This document shows, in pieces, positions 59,062-64,000 of a stretch of DNA of 64,000 nt. The stretch covers positions 248,001-312,000 of the forward strand of contig JAYWIR010000068.1 of assembly GCA_036172245.1 (NCBI GenBank), read 5' to 3'. The position numbers and the translations under genes are program-made. Every line of letters starts with the position of its first letter. Within the stretch, counting starts at the first letter, position 1. The stretch is from Raillietiella orientalis (lineage: Eukaryota). The notes below the pieces were generated by a model. The model ran no database searches. It saw only the letters and a list, made by a program, of their open reading frames with translations, and was not told where the DNA came from.

Positions 59062-59759
59062 CTGCCGTCAAAAAGAATAGCTTTAGTACGGCATTTCGTA
59101 CATGGATGATGCCAAAACAAAAGGTACAGATCGATGCGACGCCCCAACCAATTTGCATAAGCGTCGAAATGAAACGGTCACTGCGGTGCAGTGATTTGAT
59201 CACTCCCACCGCTTGCGGTGCGTAGGGGAATGCAAAAACCACGACCGGGTCCCTACTTTTGCCCCCCCCCCCTCGTTCCTTGTGGGGACGCGGAGGATGA
59301 CCACCCCGCAGAGATTCCGCCACCATCCCGAAAACGAACAGCATCCTGAATTCGGCAGGTTTGCAATTTCCCGAAGCTTTATCCCGGGCCGCAGCGAACG
59401 AATCGGGAGGCTGGAAGATGTTTCAAATTCATCAACCCAAAAAATGCCTTGCAAAAATCCGCCTTCGACATTGGCAGCGGAATTTGGTTGCAACTTTGAA
59501 GCAAATGCTTTCGAAATCGCCCTCCCAACCCGACCGCTATTTTAAACGGTAGGCTTAAAATGCGAGCATCCAATGCAAAGGGGAAAAAAAAGTTTACGAA
59601 ATGGCAAATATTTCTCTGGACTCACGTGTTTTTCCATGCAATTCTGCATGAAGTAACTCAACAAGCTAAGAGGATAAAAATCGTACACTTGGAATAAAAT
59701 TCTGCCGCCGCCTATACGAATGTGTCATTCTTTCGCAGCCACAGAATGTAGGCCCCCAC

Positions 59760-62700
59760 GCGCACGGGCAATCGAAAACAGTCGTTATATCCGCAAGAGG
59801 ACGCGCGGCGGGCGGACTTGGGACGTGCCGTTCCCGGGAGGGGCTGGAAAGCTGCCCGTGGACCACGCGCGGCGGGGGGAGGAAGGGACGCGGTAGGAGG
59901 TCAGTTCGCAAAGCAGCACCGGGACCGCCGCAGCCGCGATCCCCTCCTTCCCTCTTTCTCTTTTTTTCTTCGTTTCCCGTCCGGAGACAAGCGGTTCCGG
60001 GGCGGGGTGCAAGGATGCTGCGTCTCCGGAGAACGCGCCTTGCTGCGCAACGGCGGCTGGGGAGTGTGCTGAAGCTCAGACGACGAAAGACGTCCCTCCT
60101 CGGCCGCCGAGGCTCAAATCGCTCGTCCTGACGGTTCCCTCGGACCGCACGGGGCGCTCTTCCGGGGTCGCACGGCGCGTGTCTCGGGAAAAACGCAGGA
60201 GGGAGGGAGGGGGTCGCACGAACCGCACCCTCCGCAGAGCGGTTCGCGCACCCGACGCGTTGGTCCAATGAGCCTTCGGAGCTGCGCACCATGCCGATGG
60301 CGCGTGCACCGTTCCGTGCACCGCCTCGCTTGCGCATTCGCTTCGGGGCGCGCTGGGACGCGAATTTAATGAATGCTTCTTCGGCTCCTGCTAAGGTGCT
60401 GGAAGACCCGAGAGCTAAGAGGGGGGGAAGCAGGAATCACGGCCGCACTTACTCTGCAGCAATTTCTTGGTGCATTTGTTCCTTCCCCCCCCCCCCCCCC
60501 CCTTTTTTTCGGTGCTCTCAGCAGTCGCCTGCTTTTCTTTTTTCGATTTTCCTTTTTCTCTCTTCCCCCTCCCTCCCGTCTCTCTGGGTCGTTCAGAAGA
60601 TATGAAAGTACGTGCTTGTATGACCCATTTCTTTTTTAGCTACAGCCTGGATATTTTCAACAGCTTTGGGAAGCTCGTAAGTTGGAAAATCAGGACGTGT
60701 CACCACGGTTTTCTCGAAACTTAACGAAGAAGAATCGAAATACATTAAAAACGCTTAAATTATTCCTGAGCAGAGAGATAGAACGTCATCCAAGGCAGCG
60801 GCTTGATGAATGCAGCTGTAAGCTCGAAACACACAAGAAAGACGCAAAGGTAGATAAGATTGCAGCTCCTAAAAGAGACTATTAATCCCAGTCACGTTCC
60901 TCCATGCTGGAAGAAAGGAACCAACGCGCCTACTGGAGCCAAACCGCGCGAGACGGCCCGAATCGGCGCGTCCCGCGATGCGGAGGAGTCGCCGGGGGGG
61001 GGGGAGAGAGAGAGAGAGAGCACGCACGCGTACGCACGCGTGCGTGCCGTGCCCACGCACCGACTGCGGGTGGACTCGCGGTGCGGAAAACGCATCCCCG
61101 GCGGCCGCCGGGGGGTGGTCAGCGCGCACGGCGTGCGCCCGAACACCCGGGCGCGGGCGCACCGGGCAAAGTGTGCGCGCGCAAGAGCGCACGCTTTGCA
61201 CTCTTACGAAACGCGTCGGAGGAGCACGGTTCGCACGCGTGCAGGCAGTGCCCGTGCGAAAGACGTGCGTACGCACGCGCGTGGACGCGCACCGAGAAGC
61301 CGCACGCACGCACTCGCGCATGCACACTTACGTACACGCGCGCGCGTAATCAAATCTGCATATATACACACATACCTGCACGTGTACGCATTCACCGCGT
61401 AGGCGTACGTGAAAGGTCTCGTGCACGCGCGCACGCACATACGTGTGCCTGCGCATACGCACTTGCACATGTGTGATACACGCACACGCACACTCGAACG
61501 CGAACACTGCGTCGACACGTGCACGAGAGCCCGTCAAGCACGCACAAGCACTGAGTGCACGCGCGCGCCAACGTTCCCCGCGTTCCGAAGCCTGCGCAAG
61601 GCGCACGCACGCATCCACCGTGAGCACGTGCCGCTGCGCGACTTCCCGCCGCGAGACGCCCCGTCCCGTAACCATGACGATGAGAGGAGGGCCGCCGCCT
61701 CTCCGCGCTCGCGCGTGTTTTTTCCCCCGCGTCTCCTGGCGGCGGGCGGGCGCGCTCGGACTGCGCCATTGCCCTCCCCGCAGAGCGGGCGGCGCGAAGC
61801 GATCCCGGGCGCGGCGGCGGGGGAAAGGGAAGGGAGGGAGGAGCCATGCATTTGCGCAGCCGCCGCCGCCGACTGAAGGTGACCCACATCCGTCCGGTCG
61901 CTCGCAGGCGCGCCGCTTGCCTTCGGTGGAGCGCGCGCGCGCGCGCGCGACTCCGCGCGGCGCGGACGGATCACTTACAGTCGAAAGCCCTGGACGCCTT
62001 CTCGCTGGAGCTCTTCCCGAAGGGCATTTTCGGCGCACAGATGCTGGTCAGCGGGGTCGAGTGGTGGTAATGGTGGTGCGTGCCCTTGGCCTGTTTGGCG
62101 CAGTTCGGAGCGAGCTTACTCGATCGGGGGTGGGCCGAGGCCTTCGTGGGCAGCGCTTGGGGCGTCTGAGGAGAGTCCTGCCGCCTCTGCTGCTGCTGCT
62201 GCTGCTGCTGCGGCTGCTGGCCGTCCGGATGCTGGGAGACGCACTTCTTCCGCTTGCTCCCGGCGGCAGTCAGTTCATCGCGGTCCCTGCCGGGGTCGGA
62301 CTGTTCGCAGAGGGAGGTCGGGTCGCCGCCGGCCGCCGCCGCCGCCGCTGCTGTTGGCGCTAAGGGAGTCCTCGGATCTTGCACGGGGGGCCGCGAGTCG
62401 TCGTCGGCATCCACGGAGTCTTCCAGCAGGCGAAACCCCAGGCCCGTCACCGATCCTCCTGCAACAACGAGAGGGGGATGCGGTGAGGAGGCCGCGAGAG
62501 CGCGTGCGCGCGCCCACCGCGCGGAAAGGTGCGCTGAGAGAGGGATTTCTGTTTTTTGTTTTGTTTTCTTCTTCCTCCCTTCCCTCCCGCTCCGATGGGC
62601 GCGGGAATCTGCGGATGCATCGGCTGGCCGTCGCCCCTCATGGACTCCCCTCCGGGGGCGCGCTCGCGGCGACGGTCCCTGCACCGAAAAGGGACCTCGT

Positions 62701-64000
62701 TCCTAGCAGACTTCCGCTTTCCCAGTTCCTTCCCGAAACGCGTCCGCCTTCCCTTCCTGGGAGGTGGGGGGGGGGGGAAGAGGAACTGGGGCGACGGCAT
62801 CCCCGCTCCCGCCCTTCCCCTTCCCGAAGCAGCGAGGAAGGCGTCGCCCAGGCAGCAGCCCCGGAAGGAAGGCTCGCGCGCCGCCGCTGCCGTCCCTGAC
62901 CTCGCGCCGCGAGGGGGCACGCGCAGCTCGGCCGGCCGGCCGTGGCTCGATCTCCCGCCCTGGACATCGATCCTCGCGCTTGGCGTCGAAGGGGAGGCCG
63001 TGATTGGTCGGCCACGAGCTCGGACCCGCGCCAACTGAGCCGCGGCACAGACCACAGGCCGGCCATCGTCCAGTAGCGGGTTCGAAACCCCGCTGCGGAA
63101 GCGAGCGGCCGTCGGAACGCGAGGAGGATTCCCGCCCGAGGAACTGACACCCGGGGTAGCGGTGGGACGGGATGGGGGAGGAACCTCTTCCTCCTCCCAT
63201 CCTTTCCGTTTCCTGCCCCCTTCCTCCTCTTCCTGATGCGCGGAGCATTCCGCGGAAAGCCTCCCGCCCGCCGCTCACCGGAAACGCCCGCTGCAGACGC
63301 TGCCATCTCGCGGGGCACCCCCGCTCGCGGCGAAGCACCCCGAAGGGACGCGGAGAAGAGGAAACGGCCGGCAGCGTCTCACCCTAGCGCAGCGCCCGAA
63401 GAGTGATGTGTAATGCGTATGATCGTGGCGTTGATGTGGACGATGACGGCGTGAAAGTGGATGACGATGACGTGGATGATGATGGTGATGTGATGAGGAG
63501 GAGGAAGAGGGGAGGGGGAACATGAAAGGAGGGAACTTCCCGGCTTTCGAGCCTCGAAAGATGCAGCAGGGAGGGAGGGGCGACGGCGCTCACACGAGGA
63601 CCCCCTCTGGAGCCACCAGGAGGGAGCAGGGAAACGCGCATCCTCCCTCGAGGGCCCCCTCGAGGAGCGTCGGGCTCGGGAATCGCGCCTGCCGCCTTCC
63701 CTTGACCTCCCTGGTCGTGCTCCGGGAGAGACGCCGAGGTCAGCTCTTTGCCCGGAGGTGCTGAAAGTGTTGAACCGTCCGCCTCCGCTCGCCGGCGTCC
63801 CTCCTTCTTTCTCTTGCAGGCCCCGGCCCGGAAAGCGCGCGCGCGCCCTAAACGCGGGGGATGTCGCCGCCGGTGCTTCCCTTGCGGTTCCGTTTCCGGC
63901 GGAACCGAAGGGCGGCGGGGAGTTCTCCCGGGCGAGGTGGACTTTCTGTAGTGCCGGGCCCGCTTGGAGCGCCCCTTCGCGGGAGCCACGAAGGGGGATG
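59760..64000. promoter_or_regulatory. CpG/GC-rich island around the distal PKA-C first exon
   Basis: Very high GC and CpG density surrounding exon 61979-62458. Promoter function is inferred. Confidence 0.5.
61979..62027 (-). CDS. Distal alternative N-terminal exon of PKA-C (non-myristoylated)
   Basis: ATG at 62027 encodes MPFGKSSSEKASRAFD followed by a T|GTAAGT phase-1 donor, matching the exon-2 acceptor at 44490 and giving ...AFDFKEFLEKAR. The frame stays open upstream to a ctctcgttgttgcag acceptor at 62459. Confidence 0.7.

Noticed and set aside
63076..63095. tRNA-like T-arm GGGTTCGAAACCC
   Set aside because: I could not build a cloverleaf, D-arm/A-box or acceptor stem around it.

Overview
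This is eukaryotic (invertebrate metazoan) genomic DNA with many very short GT-AG introns (40-60 nt) and TTTCAG-like acceptors. GC/CpG-rich and CpG-depleted blocks alternate sharply. I built eight protein-coding loci by hand, with phase-consistent exons: SNRNP200/Brr2 (-, 3' end runs off the window); an intronless L1/Tx1-ORF1 or ZCCHC3-like three-zinc-knuckle gene with no accompanying reverse transcriptase (-); a CCDC152-like coiled-coil gene (+); a RUN-PDZ-PTB protein (+); a LAP1/LULL1 (TOR1AIP)-like membrane protein (+); a signal-anchor coiled-coil protein (-); U2AF large subunit (+); and the PKA catalytic subunit (-, about 20 kb). The most notable feature is in PKA-C. Two adjacent pairs of duplicated, mutually exclusive kinase-core exons lie in the order D-[C-B]-A, and a 15-bp intronic RNA duplex would loop out C+B and couple D to A. 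U2AF2 carries two candidate poison microexons behind a structured RNA element, plus a cluster of decoy 3' splice sites. All family assignments come from remembered motifs, not database searches.
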